Shown: positions 1 through 9,895, numbered from the stretch's first letter. The stretch is 63,736 bases of DNA from an uncultured Planctomycetaceae bacterium (GCA_903912515.1 CAIWHS010000070.1:1-63736), one strand, 5' to 3'. Numbers and translations: made by a program. Notes: a model not told the origin generated them from the sequence alone.

Positions 1-1
1 C

Positions 2-130
2 AAGGTGGAACAGGTGGAAGGAAGCTGGCTGGTAGTAGCATTTGGTGGAAAACGGATTTGGGTGCCAAGGGAAGTGATTTTGGCTGTTGAGGAAGAAATT
101 CCCAATCAAGACAAACCCAAACAGCCCTGA
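2..130 (+). CDS. 3' end of an unidentified CDS (partial, runs off the window start)
   Basis: The frame is open from the window edge to TGA at 128-130 (...FGGKRIWVPREVILAVEEEIPNQDKPKQP*). A TGATG overlap with the next ATG is present. No family recognised. Confidence 0.3.
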   Translation, partial: KVEQVEGSWLVVAFGGKRIWVPREVILAVEEEIPNQDKPKQP

Positions 131-537
131 TGGAACATTCACTTACCTTGGAAAGACTGCGCCTTACCAGGTGGCACGGCATGCTGTGGCTTGCCATGGG
201 TGGTGTCGCGGCGTTAATGGCTAGAGATATCTGCCTGCATTACAACCAGATTGCCGGCACCGACTTGACCGCCCCTCAAATGGCCCGGATCTGTCTTTCT
301 GTTTACCTTGGCCCCCTGACTGGCCCCATCGCCAATCCCGGGGCCAATGATTGGCCACTGGCATGGCGCTGGGCGACTCCCCTTTTGGCCATCCAGGTGT
401 CCAGCCTTGGGCCGTTTCTGATTTCCGGGAAACCCGTCCACCCGGTCCTGGCGGTCATAGCCTGGCTGGTTTTCGCAGGGGCCAGCGGGCTGTGGTTTTT
501 TGGAGCGCTTTTATCGCTGGGCTTGTTTCTGATGTAA
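130..537 (+). CDS. hypothetical integral membrane protein
   Basis: 135-aa ORF with an ATG start and several hydrophobic helices (LWLAMGGVAALMA, VLAVIAWLVFAGASGLWFFGALLSLGLFL). No family recognised. Confidence 0.5.
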   Translation: MEHSLTLERLRLTRWHGMLWLAMGGVAALMARDICLHYNQIAGTDLTAPQMARICLSVYLGPLTGPIANPGANDWPLAWRWATPLLAIQVSSLGPFLISGKPVHPVLAVIAWLVFAGASGLWFFGALLSLGLFLM

Positions 538-596
538 GCCGGACATTGTAACCAGATGAATTTTGTCGACAACCTGTCCGTAATTCCCCTTTGGCA

Positions 597-1472
597 TCAG
601 TTCCCTTGCACCACCTCTCCTCCAGCGCGCGTGACCAGTGCCGCCATCGTTGCTATGGGCAGGCTTTCTGCGAGGAACCGCACCGACCCGTCGCAGTTGA
701 GGAAATTGCAACCCCCGTTGTGGAATGAGTAATACTCAAAGTAGTTGTTACCGTTCATCGACCGTGTGCCCAAAATGTTGCCATTGGCATCTTGGCCATC
801 CAGATTGGCGCTGGGGCTGGAATAGGCCCAACCCACTGGCTCAAAAGTTTGCCCGGTGAGCTTGCCATTCTTGTATTGGTTGCTGCGACCGCAATCCTCA
901 CCGAGCAGCACCGTATTGCTAGTTCCGTCGCTGATATCAGCGATGCGCGTTGGAATCCGTTCAATGAGCGCGCCATCGGGACTGCCTGGCGTGCGCTGCA
1001 GGATGCCGGTTGAAAAAAGGTTTGGATCGACATCCCTCATGGGGATGTAATCACCCGGGCCAAGGGTTACTCCTTTGTAGGCGAGGGTCAAATCGCGGCT
1101 GGAGGGAGTGGCGGGGCAGATGAAGGTTTGGATGCGTTTGGAAACTGCAGCGAGGTTGGCAGGGCCATCCCAATCTTGGGAAAGGTTGATTTGCTTAAAA
1201 AGGCTTTCCTGTTCCATGTAGGGCAACAGGGGCACCGACCAATTGTGCATACCGGGCCCCAGCCACCAAATGGCGGGAAAGTGGTCGGTGGCCGAAAGGT
1301 GATTGTGAAAAGCCAGACCCCAATTTTTCAAATGGTTGGAGCAACTCATGCGCAGGGCTGCTGCCCGCACCTTTTGCACAGCAGGCACCAACAACCCAAC
1401 CAACACCGCAATGATTGCAATAACCACCAAAAGCTCAATTAGAGTGAAACCTTGGCGGCGAGTGCAACGCAT
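597..1472 (-). CDS. DUF1559 protein with prepilin-type N-terminal cleavage/methylation leader
   Basis: The N-terminus MRCTRRQGFTLIELLVVIAIIAVLVGLLVPAVQKVRAAA..MSC.N.LK is the typical planctomycete DUF1559/type II pseudopilin-like leader. The ATG at 1472 is preferred over the upstream GTG at 1499. Confidence 0.85.
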   Translation of the reverse strand: MRCTRRQGFTLIELLVVIAIIAVLVGLLVPAVQKVRAAALRMSCSNHLKNWGLAFHNHLSATDHFPAIWWLGPGMHNWSVPLLPYMEQESLFKQINLSQDWDGPANLAAVSKRIQTFICPATPSSRDLTLAYKGVTLGPGDYIPMRDVDPNLFSTGILQRTPGSPDGALIERIPTRIADISDGTSNTVLLGEDCGRSNQYKNGKLTGQTFEPVGWAYSSPSANLDGQDANGNILGTRSMNGNNYFEYYSFHNGGCNFLNCDGSVRFLAESLPIATMAALVTRAGGEVVQGN

Positions 1473-1558
1473 GCCAGCCCCCTCGAAACAAAAAAACACC
1501 GCATGGAAGATCCATGCGGTGCATTGTATGCCTTGCGGCCAACCCAGCGGTAACGGGA

Positions 1559-3343
1559 TCAGGATTTGATCATGTCGCGAACGGTCATGCCACTTGGAAT
1601 CATGGGTAGAACATGCTCTTGATGGGGCACCATGACATCCAAAACATAGGGCCCCTTGCTCTCGATCATCTCAATCAGGGCGTCATCCAGGTCTGCCTTT
1701 TCGCTGATGCGTCGGGAGTTGCAAGAAAAACCCTTGGCAATGGCGACGAAATCCGGATAGGGTTCGCGATCAAGACCTGCACCCAGGTAGGTGTGGCCTC
1801 GGTTGCCCTTGAAGAACCGGTCTTCCCATTGAACCACCATGCCCAAGTGCTGATTGTTCAAAAGCAGCACCTTAACCGGCAACTTCTCGACAAAGCAGCA
1901 GGCCAATTCTTGGATATTCATCAAGAAACTGCCATCGCCATCGATATCGATACAGGTTTTGAGTGGGTGGGCAGCCTGTGCCCCCATGGCAGAGGGAAGG
2001 CCGAATCCCATGGTTCCCAAGCCACCCGAGGTGACCCAAGTTCGAGGTTTGTTGAAGCCGAAGTACTGGGCGGCAAACATTTGGTGTTGGCCCACACCGG
2101 TACTGACAATGGTTTCGTCGAGAAGCCCGCGGTCGCGAAGGAGTTCGTGAAGGCGCTTGATGGCATGCTGCGGCAGTATGGCATCTTCGCGGTCAGCATA
2201 GCGCATGGGTTCTGCCTCGCGCCAAGTATCAATCTGGCGCATCCATGGGCGTAGCTCTTGCGTGAGCGGAGGGGCCCCCTGAGGGCGGGAGTCAATCATC
2301 CGAACTAGATCTTGAAGGGCTTGTGCCACATCGCCATGAATAGGCAGCACGGCCTTCTTGTTCTTGTTCAATTCGGATGGGTCGATATCGATATGAACGA
2401 TCTTGCCATGCTTGGCAAACTCGCTGAGCTTACCGGTCACCCGGTCATCGAAGCGAACACCAAAGGCGAGAAGCAAATCGGCTTCATTGATGGCGTAGTT
2501 GGAATAGATGGTGCCGTGCATGCCAAGCATGTTGAGGCTGAGGTAATGGTCGTGTGGGAAACCACCCAAGCCCAGCAAGGTCATCGCGACAGGGATTCCA
2601 GCCTTTTCAGCAAAGGCGCGAAGGCTGTCGGAGGCGCCCGATTGCACCACGCCGCCACCAGCATAAATGATCGGCCGGGATGAACCCTTCATCAGCTCCA
2701 ACAATTGTTCCAGCTCTTTGCGGGAGGCACGACGTTCTGGCTTGTAACCAGGCAGGTTCATGGGCGGATCGTAATCGGCCACAATTTGCCTGATTTGCAC
2801 ATCCTTAGGCAGGTCAATGATGATGGGGCCGGGACGACCGGTCACCGCGAGGTGAAAAGCCTCTTTCACAACCCGGGGAATGTCCTCAGTTTTGGTTACC
2901 AGGTAGTGGTGCTTGGTGATGGCACGGCAGACTTCGACAATTGGCGTTTCTTGAAACGCGTCTGTGCCAATAAACGGTGTGCTCACTTGCCCGGTGACGG
3001 CAATGATCGGGACGGAATCCATCTTCGCATCGGCCAGGCAGGTGACAAAGTTGGTTGCCCCCGGGCCGCTTGTGGACATGCAAAGGCCCACTTTGCCGGT
3101 GGTTCGGGCGTAGCCTTGGGCAGCAAAGCCACCGCCCTGCTCGTTGCGGGGGAGAATAGTTCGGATGCGGTCTTCGTATTTGGTGAGGGATTGGTGCAAA
3201 GGCATGCTGGCTCCGCCCGGGTAGGCGAACATATGGTCGACCCCGTGGTTGATCAGGCATTGCACGAAAATATCAGCACCGGATTGGAGAGTGCCGGGTT
3301 GAGGCAAATCGCTGGAATTCGGCTGGATAGCCATTGTTGACAT
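1559..3343 (-). CDS. ilvB: acetolactate synthase (acetohydroxyacid synthase) large subunit, ThDP-dependent
   Basis: 594 aa with full-length resemblance to biosynthetic ALS: [71 protein letters not shown]. No small-subunit gene is adjacent. Confidence 0.93.
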   Translation of the reverse strand: MSTMAIQPNSSDLPQPGTLQSGADIFVQCLINHGVDHMFAYPGGASMPLHQSLTKYEDRIRTILPRNEQGGGFAAQGYARTTGKVGLCMSTSGPGATNFVTCLADAKMDSVPIIAVTGQVSTPFIGTDAFQETPIVEVCRAITKHHYLVTKTEDIPRVVKEAFHLAVTGRPGPIIIDLPKDVQIRQIVADYDPPMNLPGYKPERRASRKELEQLLELMKGSSRPIIYAGGGVVQSGASDSLRAFAEKAGIPVAMTLLGLGGFPHDHYLSLNMLGMHGTIYSNYAINEADLLLAFGVRFDDRVTGKLSEFAKHGKIVHIDIDPSELNKNKKAVLPIHGDVAQALQDLVRMIDSRPQGAPPLTQELRPWMRQIDTWREAEPMRYADREDAILPQHAIKRLHELLRDRGLLDETIVSTGVGQHQMFAAQYFGFNKPRTWVTSGGLGTMGFGLPSAMGAQAAHPLKTCIDIDGDGSFLMNIQELACCFVEKLPVKVLLLNNQHLGMVVQWEDRFFKGNRGHTYLGAGLDREPYPDFVAIAKGFSCNSRRISEKADLDDALIEMIESKGPYVLDVMVPHQEHVLPMIPSGMTVRDMIKS

Positions 3344-3834
3344 TCCTTGGGGAACCGTGGGCGACCCATCAAGAGGCTACCCACACCAAATAAATGGTAG
3401 GGGCCTAAACGCCTGAGAGTAGAGCGGAGACTTCCGTTCCCTTGGAAATCTGTCCGTCGGGTTCATTCACCTCCCATTGTACTGACATCGAATTCATACC
3501 CAAATGCTTTTAGGCCCGACACTCCTGCTAAAAGTTGGCAATTAAAGCCCAACGGTCCTCCTTATCCGGCTGATCCAGTTTTAGCGGTTAGGCAGTTTGC
3601 GTCGGTTTATCTGGCCAATTGAAGGTTATTGGCAAACTTGTGAAGAGTTTCCGGCAACACGGTTGAGAGAATTCAGGCACTATAGGATTGACTGGCCAAC
3701 TATTCCGCCATAAGATTCCAACAGGTTGTGGAAGAATTTGGCAATTAGCGGCCTAGTACTGTCACAACCTCGCAAAGAGGATGCTTTGCGTTTTTCTGAC
3801 CCAGTAACTTTTGGGTGGAAGTGGGGAGGGGTTC

Positions 3835-4614
3835 ATGCTGGTCGAGGAACGACGGCAAAAACTCAGGGATTTGATTTGCACGCATGGTTTTGCGTCATTG
3901 CAAGACTTGGCGCGCAAAATCGATGTTTCCGAATCCACAATTCGCCGTGATCTCGAGCACCTCCACCAAATGGGCTACCTGCGTCGCACCCATGGTGGAG
4001 CGGTCTGGAATCAGGACAGTGCGCCCTTGCCTCCTCTGGAAGAGCGGACGGGGCGCCAGCTGGAAGAAAAGCGCTGGATTGGCGAACTGGCCGCCCAACT
4101 AGTGCAAGACGGCGACACCGTACTGCTGGACGGTGGAACCACCACCTTGGAGGTGGCAAGAAATATTTTGGGGGGCGGCAAGCGTGTGCAGGTGGTGACC
4201 AACAGCTTGCCCATCGCGCAGATGTTCGCCTCCAACCCAACTAGTAGCGACTTGGTTGTTCTGGGTGGCTATGTCTACCCGCGAACAGGAGTAGCGCTTG
4301 GAAGCAGCACCATCAGCATGATGGAAAATCTGCATGCCCATGTAGCGGTGCTGAGTGTGAGTGGAATAACGCAGGAAGGGCTTTTTAACAGCAACCTGCT
4401 TCTTGTTGAGACCGAACGAGCCATGATGCGCCTGGCCGAGCGTGTGGTGGTGGTGGCCGACCACACTAAGTTGGGCCGCAGGGCCCTGACTTGGCTTTGC
4501 AACCTGAACGACATCGACGATTTGGTGGTTGACGACCGGATCACTGATGATTCGCGCAAGTGGCTGGAAGATGCGGGAATCTGTTTGCATGTGGCGCGGC
4601 GGGCCGGGGTGTAG
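3835..4614 (+). CDS. DeoR/GlpR-family transcriptional regulator (probable BMC operon regulator)
   Basis: N-terminal HTH (RRQKLRDLICTHGFASLQDLARKIDVSESTIRRDLEHL) plus a sugar-phosphate-binding DeoR C-terminal domain. GGAGG lies upstream of the ATG at 3835. Stop is TAG at 4612-4614. Confidence 0.85.
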   Translation: MLVEERRQKLRDLICTHGFASLQDLARKIDVSESTIRRDLEHLHQMGYLRRTHGGAVWNQDSAPLPPLEERTGRQLEEKRWIGELAAQLVQDGDTVLLDGGTTTLEVARNILGGGKRVQVVTNSLPIAQMFASNPTSSDLVVLGGYVYPRTGVALGSSTISMMENLHAHVAVLSVSGITQEGLFNSNLLLVETERAMMRLAERVVVVADHTKLGRRALTWLCNLNDIDDLVVDDRITDDSRKWLEDAGICLHVARRAGV

Positions 4615-4654
4615 GCCCTTGGATTTCATTAACGGAATTGTTTTGGAGTGACAG

Positions 4655-5332
4655 ATGGAACGGAACCAAATTGAGCACTTGGTGCGCGAGGCACTGAAGA
4701 ATGTTTTGCGGCCCAGCAATGGTCCTTGCTCCGGTTCAGCATCGACCGCTGTCCCGCCCCAGCCCAGGTTATTGGTCAATGTTTCCGCTCGGCATGCCCA
4801 TGTCACTCAGGAAGACCTTGAGCGACTGTTTGGTCAAGGGCACAAGCTGACCCCTTACAAGATGCTGTATCAAGACGGATTTTTCGCAGCCGAAGAGTCG
4901 GTTACTTTTATCGGTCCCAGGCAGCGGGTGATCAACAATCTGCGCATTTTAGGCCCATGCCGCGATCATAGCCAGGTGGAGCTTTCGTTCACCGACGCGG
5001 TGCAAATGGGGCTGGACATCCCGGTTCGCAAGAGCGGGGACCATCGCGATTCACCCGGAGCCTATCTCATTGGCCCCAAGGGAATGGTGAAGCTTGATCG
5101 CGGGGTTATCCGCCACCAAAGGCATGCGCACATGTGCCAAAAAGAGGCCGATTTTTATGGGGTCAGGGATGGTGATTTCATGAAGCTGCGAGTGGTAAGT
5201 GATTGCCCCGCCATCATGGAAGAAGTGTTGGTGCGTGTGAGTCAGGGCGCGAAGCTCGAGGTTCACATCGACACCGACGAAGGAAACGCGGTGAATCTGG
5301 CGAAAGCGAAAAGCGTGGAGCTGTTCCGCTAA
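4655..5332 (+). CDS. pduL: phosphate propanoyl/acyl-transferase PduL
   Basis: Two PduL repeats with the His motifs VSARHAHV and IRHQRHAHM. An N-terminal amphipathic helix plus Pro/Ser linker resembles an encapsulation peptide. Confidence 0.9.
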   Translation: MERNQIEHLVREALKNVLRPSNGPCSGSASTAVPPQPRLLVNVSARHAHVTQEDLERLFGQGHKLTPYKMLYQDGFFAAEESVTFIGPRQRVINNLRILGPCRDHSQVELSFTDAVQMGLDIPVRKSGDHRDSPGAYLIGPKGMVKLDRGVIRHQRHAHMCQKEADFYGVRDGDFMKLRVVSDCPAIMEEVLVRVSQGAKLEVHIDTDEGNAVNLAKAKSVELFR

Positions 5333-5437
5333 AGCCGGTCGCGGTTTGGTTTCTGGCGCAGGATGCGCTAGATGGATCGGGTTTTCTGGTTTTGGATCGG
5401 CGGAATGTTTCCGGGCGGTCCGGGCAAACGGAGGTGA

Positions 5438-5728
5438 ATGATGTCAGCGAGCTTGGAAGCCTTGGGAATGATCGAAACCCGGGGATTAACGGCGCTGGTT
5501 GAAGCCAGTGACGCGATGTTGAAATCAGCCAATGTCTCCCTCTTGGGGTGGACAAAGATTGGCAGCGGCCTTGTCACCGCAATGGTGTCAGGCGATGTCG
5601 CCGCGGTGAAGGCCGCGGTTGATGCCGGCGCAGCCGCCGCCTCGCGCGTGGGCGAAGTGGTAGGAATCCAGGTGATTCCCCGCCCCCATGGCGACCTCAA
5701 GGACGTCCTGCCCAAGATGGGCAAGTGA
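5438..5728 (+). CDS. BMC-H shell protein (single Pfam00936-type domain, PduA/EutM-like)
   Basis: [27 protein letters not shown]...[23 protein letters not shown]...VIPRPH is the canonical BMC hexamer sequence. Confidence 0.92.
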   Translation: MMSASLEALGMIETRGLTALVEASDAMLKSANVSLLGWTKIGSGLVTAMVSGDVAAVKAAVDAGAAAASRVGEVVGIQVIPRPHGDLKDVLPKMGK

Positions 5729-5740
5729 GGTCCAACCACC

Positions 5741-6058
5741 ATGGCAAAACAACCAGAGACTAGGAGTGAACCAATGACTGTGAACAAGTCTGAAGCCTTG
5801 GGAATCGTTGAAACCAAGGGAATGATTTCCGCCATCGCCGCGACCGATGCCATGTGCAAAGCCGCGAATGTGGCTTATGCGGGCCAGGTGCAGATTGGCA
5901 ACGCCTTCATCGCCACATTCGTGCGTGGTGATGTAGGCAGCGTGCGAGCCGCTGTGGACGCGGGTGGCAAGGCCGCCAGCGAACATGGCGAACTGGTTAG
6001 CGCCCATGTGATTCCCAGGCCCGATGCGCAGGTCTTGGAATGTTTCTTGGGTCGCTAA
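5741..6058 (+). CDS. BMC-H shell protein, second paralog with about 20-aa N-terminal extension
   Basis: EALGIVETKGMISAIAATDAMCKAANV...FIATFVRGDVGSVRAAVDAG...HVIPRP. Confidence 0.9.
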   Translation: MAKQPETRSEPMTVNKSEALGIVETKGMISAIAATDAMCKAANVAYAGQVQIGNAFIATFVRGDVGSVRAAVDAGGKAASEHGELVSAHVIPRPDAQVLECFLGR

Positions 6059-6180
6059 GCCCGGTGAACTAATCACCCGATCCGCCAACCGGGTGGGAAA
6101 GACTCCCGCCCGGCCGCGGAACGCGGCTCCGACAACCGAAGGATTCGTCTTTTTTCACGGCACACCGAGAAGATCAAGCC

Positions 6181-7356
6181 ATGAAAATTTTGGTCGCCAA
6201 TCTGGGCAGCACCAGCTTTAAATATCGCCTGTTCAACATGGCGGATGAAAGCCTCCTGGCCCGTGGCGGTTTTGAGCGCATAGGAACCGACAGCACACCT
6301 TGGTTTGTCGAGGTGAATGGCAAGCGGGAAGAAGGCAGCCTGACTGCCCCTGACCATGCTGCAGCGGTTGGCGCTTGCCTGGAACAACTGGCCAAGCATG
6401 GCTGCCTGAAGCAGGCTGCAGACCTTGGTGCAATTGGCTTCAAATCAGTCCATGCCAAGGGCGTGACCGGTGCTCAACTGGTAACCCCCCGAGTTCTTGA
6501 GGCCATGGAGGCTTACAACGAGGTAGCCCCGGCCCACAACCCTCCATATGTTGCGGCGATGCGCCTTCTGGCGAAAGAATTCCCCCGCATTCCCTTGGTT
6601 GCGGCCTTTGAAACAGGCTTTCACCAAACCATTCCGCCGGGCAATTCGCTGTACGCTGTTCCCCTGGAATGGGCGGAAAACCATGGCGTCAGAAAATGGG
6701 GTTTCCATGGTGCCAGTCATCGTTTCATCGCGGGCCGCGCGGCCCAATTACTGAACAAAACCAATGCGAAAATTATTTCCTGTCATTTGGGAGGCTCGAA
6801 CTCGCTGTGCGCCATTGATTCAGGCAAGTCGATAGCCTGCACCCTGGGAATGAGCCCGCAAAGCGGCCTGCCCCACAACAACCGTGTGGGCGATTTCGAT
6901 GTTTTCGCCCTTCCGGTCCTATTGCGGGAAACGGGCAAAACCCTTGAGCAACTGCTTGACCAATTGGCCAATCATTCAGGCTTGGAAGGTTTGTGCGGCC
7001 TGCGCGACATGCGCGACATCGAGAAAGCCGCCAAGGATGGTGACCACCGCGCCCAAACCGCGCTGGATGTGTTCTTCAATTCGATCCAAATGTACATCGG
7101 TGGCTACATCGCCCTGCTGGGCGGCGTGGACGGCATCTTTTTCACCGGCGGCATTGGCGAAAACTCGTCACTGCTGCGGGAAAAAGTAATCGCAGGCTTG
7201 GGATGGATGGGCATTGATCTCGATCCCGCTGCCAACGCCACAGCCAAAGGCGAACAAGCATTGCACAAAGTGGGCAGCCGAGCCCAGGTGTGGATATTGC
7301 CCACCAACGAAGAAATTGTGGTGGCCAGGCAATCACGCGATTTGCTGGCCGGGTGA
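6181..7356 (+). CDS. ackA: acetate (acyl) kinase
   Basis: MKILVANLGSTSFKY..., HNP, FHGASH, CHLGGS.S, FTGGIGENS and NEE..VA are ASKHA acetate kinase motifs along the full length. Confidence 0.92.
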   Translation: MKILVANLGSTSFKYRLFNMADESLLARGGFERIGTDSTPWFVEVNGKREEGSLTAPDHAAAVGACLEQLAKHGCLKQAADLGAIGFKSVHAKGVTGAQLVTPRVLEAMEAYNEVAPAHNPPYVAAMRLLAKEFPRIPLVAAFETGFHQTIPPGNSLYAVPLEWAENHGVRKWGFHGASHRFIAGRAAQLLNKTNAKIISCHLGGSNSLCAIDSGKSIACTLGMSPQSGLPHNNRVGDFDVFALPVLLRETGKTLEQLLDQLANHSGLEGLCGLRDMRDIEKAAKDGDHRAQTALDVFFNSIQMYIGGYIALLGGVDGIFFTGGIGENSSLLREKVIAGLGWMGIDLDPAANATAKGEQALHKVGSRAQVWILPTNEEIVVARQSRDLLAG

Positions 7357-7387
7357 GTTTGTTTTTTTATTCAGGGAGGAGAGAGAC

Positions 7388-7630
7388 ATGAAGCTGCGCA
7401 TCACTTACTGCACATCTTGAGGCTACCGCAACTTCGCCGCCAGTTTGGCGGGCGCCGTGCGGAACACCTACCCTCAGGTGGAAGTGGAACTCAAGACAGG
7501 ATCGGGTGGCATTTTCGATGTGGAAGCCAACGACGACCTGATCTTCTCGAAGGACGACGAGCACCGTTTTCCGGCTAACCGGGAAATTTTGGAAAAGCTC
7601 GATGCCCTGCTGAAAAAACAGTCCGGCTGA
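7388..7630 (+). CDS. SelW/Rdx-family (SelW-like) protein, probable selenoprotein with in-frame UGA (Sec) at 7418-7420
   Basis: GGGAGG Shine-Dalgarno, then ATG at 7388. Translation is MKLRITYCTS-[TGA]-GYRNFAASLAGAVRNTYPQVEVELKTGSGGIFDVEANDDLIFSKDDEHRFPANREILEKLDALLKKQSG. The two ORF-track pieces (tail of 7214-7420 and 7445-7630) are in the same frame. YC..UGY plus GSGG.F.V...d.li.sk....FP matches the Rdx fold signature (human SelW has YCGAUGY). Confidence 0.75.
7435..7454 (+). promoter_or_regulatory. candidate bacterial SECIS hairpin downstream of the UGA
   Basis: CGCCGCC-AGUUU-GGCGG(G)CG forms a 7-bp GC-rich stem with one bulged G and a GU-containing apical loop. The stem starts 15 nt after the UGA, and the loop G is about 25 nt from the U of UGA. 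Confidence 0.5.
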
Positions 7631-7675
7631 GTCGGACGGCTTGTAAACATTTGGCACTGGCAAGGGGTTCGGCCC

Positions 7676-7996
7676 ATGTTCCTAGCGCGTGTGACCGGAA
7701 GCGTTGTCGCGACCCAGAAAGCCCAGTCCATGACCGGGCACAAGCTGCTGGTGGTCGAACCCCTGCGTGTCGATCCGCAGGATCGCACCAAACTGACCGG
7801 CACAGGCCGCAGCTTTGTTGCGGTGGACGCCTTGGGGGCGGGCATCAACCAAATGGTGCTGATCGTTCAGGGATCGAGCGCCCGCCTCATGCCTGCCACC
7901 GAGAAATTGCCCATCGATACGGCCATCATCGGCATCGTTGACACCGTGCAGGTGGGCGACAAGACAGTCTTTGACGCCCGGCTGGAGTCGGCATAA
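7676..7996 (+). CDS. BMC-P vertex protein (EutN/CcmL family), copy 1
   Basis: MFLARVTGSVVATQK...KLLVV.P......FVAVDALGAG....VLIVQGSSAR.......P.D.AIIGIVD is the typical EutN/CcmL pentamer pattern. Confidence 0.9.
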   Translation: MFLARVTGSVVATQKAQSMTGHKLLVVEPLRVDPQDRTKLTGTGRSFVAVDALGAGINQMVLIVQGSSARLMPATEKLPIDTAIIGIVDTVQVGDKTVFDARLESA

Positions 7997-8115
7997 CCGT
8001 CAAAGGCTGACATTGTGAGTTTGGGAAAATCGGGAAAGAGGCATAGACGAAGGTGCCTTTACCCATTCCGTGGGTCATAGTTTGGCAGCTTCCTAAAAAC
8101 GAAGGAAAAGCACTG

Positions 8116-9606
8116 ATGTCTTCCATCAAATCGATACCCTCCGACCAGATTGTCCGCGGCGTGGTGGAGCAAGTTCTCCGCCAAATCCAATCGGGCAAGC
8201 TTCCAGCATCCAATGGATCGATCCAGGCTGCCATCAAGGCTGCACTGCCTGCAGCCTCACAGGACTCCCCTAAGTCAGCGGGTTCGGGTGACGGTGTTTA
8301 CGCCACGGCCGATGAGGCTGTCGCTGGAGCATCCCGTGCCCTGGTTGCTTTTTCAAAGGTAGGCTTACCCGAGCGCAAGAAGGTGATCGACTGCGTGCGA
8401 GCCATCTGCCGCGATCAGGCCGAGAGCTTGGGGCGTGAGGAATTTGAGGAAACCAAAATCGGGCGGCTAGAGCACAAGATCGACAAGCTGCGATTAGTTG
8501 CTGATCGCATTCCAGGTACCGAGTGGCTGAAGACGGATGCTTACAGTGGCCAATTTGGCATAGCTCTTGAGGAGTATGGCCCTTTTGGCGTGATTGGTGC
8601 TATTACCCCCGTCACTCACTCTTTCCCCACACTGGCTTGCAACGCCATCAATATGCTGGCCGGTGGCAACACTGTGGTTTTCAATGCCCATCCATCTGGT
8701 GCCAGGATTGCCGCCAAGGGTGTTCGCCTTCTCAACCGCGCCTTCCAGCAGGCGATCGGAATCACAGATCTTTTGACCATCATTGAAAACCCGACTATTG
8801 AAAGTGCGCAGGCCATTTTTGATCACCGCGATGTGAAGCTGATCTGTGTGACCGGCGGCCCAGCCTTGGCTCGCGCTGCCTTGCGAAGCCCGAAGCGGGC
8901 GGTAGTGGCCGGCCCTGGAAACCCACCCGTTGTGGTGGATTCGACGGCTGATCTTTCCAATGCGGCAGCATGCATCATCGCCGGTGCAGCCTACGACAAC
9001 AACTTGCTGTGCATTGGTGAGAAGGAAGTCTTCGCCACCAACGACATTTTTGATGAGTTGCTTGACTGGATGACCAAGCATGGCGCAGTTCGTCTGGACA
9101 AAGGCCAGGTCGACCGCCTGACGGCTGTGGCCTTCAAGACTGGCGAGAACGGCAAACTACTAGTGAACAAGGATCTTATCGGTCAGGATGCGGCCGTTCT
9201 GGCCCGACATGCCGGCCTTGAAATCCCAGCGGGCACCCAGCTTATTTTCGCCGAAACGGACGAATCGAACCCTTTTGTTTCTCATGAGCAAATGATGCCC
9301 TTCGTGCCCTTTGTGCGCGCCCGCTGCGTGGACCATGCGATTGACATGGCCCATGAACACGAGCACGGCTACGGGCACACTGCTGTCATTCACTCCCGCA
9401 ATTTGGAAACGATCACCTGTATGGGCCGCCGCATGAACACCACCCTTTTCGTGCAAAACGGCGCGAGCGTGGCGGGCTTGGGTGCGGGTGGCGAAGGATA
9501 TGCAAGCTTCAGTATCGCCACCCCTACAGGCGAGGGAGTGACCACCCCGCTGACCTTCTGCCGTAAGCGGCGATCGAGCACTGTGGGCTCAATGCGAGTG
9601 GTTTGA
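8116..9606 (+). CDS. CoA-acylating aldehyde dehydrogenase (PduP/EutE-like)
   Basis: ALDH-superfamily sequence with catalytic Cys context DNNLLCIGEKE and a BMC operon position. The ATG at 8116 follows GAAGGAAAA. An N-terminal amphipathic helix DQIVRGVVEQVLRQI plus a Ser/Ala/Pro linker precedes the catalytic domain. Confidence 0.9.
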   Translation: MSSIKSIPSDQIVRGVVEQVLRQIQSGKLPASNGSIQAAIKAALPAASQDSPKSAGSGDGVYATADEAVAGASRALVAFSKVGLPERKKVIDCVRAICRDQAESLGREEFEETKIGRLEHKIDKLRLVADRIPGTEWLKTDAYSGQFGIALEEYGPFGVIGAITPVTHSFPTLACNAINMLAGGNTVVFNAHPSGARIAAKGVRLLNRAFQQAIGITDLLTIIENPTIESAQAIFDHRDVKLICVTGGPALARAALRSPKRAVVAGPGNPPVVVDSTADLSNAAACIIAGAAYDNNLLCIGEKEVFATNDIFDELLDWMTKHGAVRLDKGQVDRLTAVAFKTGENGKLLVNKDLIGQDAAVLARHAGLEIPAGTQLIFAETDESNPFVSHEQMMPFVPFVRARCVDHAIDMAHEHEHGYGHTAVIHSRNLETITCMGRRMNTTLFVQNGASVAGLGAGGEGYASFSIATPTGEGVTTPLTFCRKRRSSTVGSMRVV

Positions 9607-9637
9607 CAATTAGGCCTGCCGGGGGAGGATTCCAACC

Positions 9638-9895
9638 ATGCAAGTCGGCAAGGTGGTCGGCCGGGCGATCTCGACTGTGAAGCATAAAAGTTTTCAGGGA
9701 GTGAAGCTGCTTCTGGTTCAGGCCCTGGACGGCAAGGGGCAGCCCGATGGCGACCCGGTGCTGACTGTGGACACCTTGGGAGCGGGCCCGGGAATGCGGG
9801 TTTTGATCTCCAGTGACGGCAAGGGAGCCCGTGAAGTAGTGGGCTCGAAGGATTCACCGGTTCGGTGGTTGACAATCGGAGTGCTAGACGAGTGA
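9638..9895 (+). CDS. BMC-P vertex protein (EutN/CcmL family), copy 2
   Basis: MQVGKVVGRAISTVKH..F.G.KLLLVQ.LD........LTVDTLGAGPG..VLISSDG is EutN-like. GGAGG lies upstream. Confidence 0.9.
   Translation: MQVGKVVGRAISTVKHKSFQGVKLLLVQALDGKGQPDGDPVLTVDTLGAGPGMRVLISSDGKGAREVVGSKDSPVRWLTIGVLDE

Noticed and set aside
3535-3747. Exact 10-mer TTGGCAATTA present twice (3535-3544, 3738-3747), plus related TTGGCAA/GCCAAT...ATTGGC elements (3614-3633), in the ilvB/DeoR divergent intergenic region. Considered as DeoR operators or a sigma-54 -24 element
   Set aside because: No TTGC at the correct -12 spacing for sigma-54. Two copies of a 10-mer in an AT-richer 470-bp spacer is not enough evidence without comparative data.
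7445-7630. Stand-alone 61-aa ORF with a TTG start, as listed in the ORF track
   Set aside because: It is in the same frame as ATG 7388 (with a good SD) across a single TGA, and the junction recreates a CxxU Rdx motif. It is better explained as the C-terminal part of a selenoprotein. The 7214-7420 ORF is otherwise a shadow of the ackA 3' end.
8053-8115. Upstream ORF-track extensions of several genes, including 8053 for the ALDH, 10827 for the aldolase, 12252 for the dehydrogenase, 17974 for the methyltransferase and 29122, 34966, 22039 and 16910 for others
   Set aside because: Internal ATGs preceded by Shine-Dalgarno-like sequences give N-termini that match family starts or signal peptides and remove overlaps with neighbouring genes. 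The extensions use alternative starts and encode atypical sequence.
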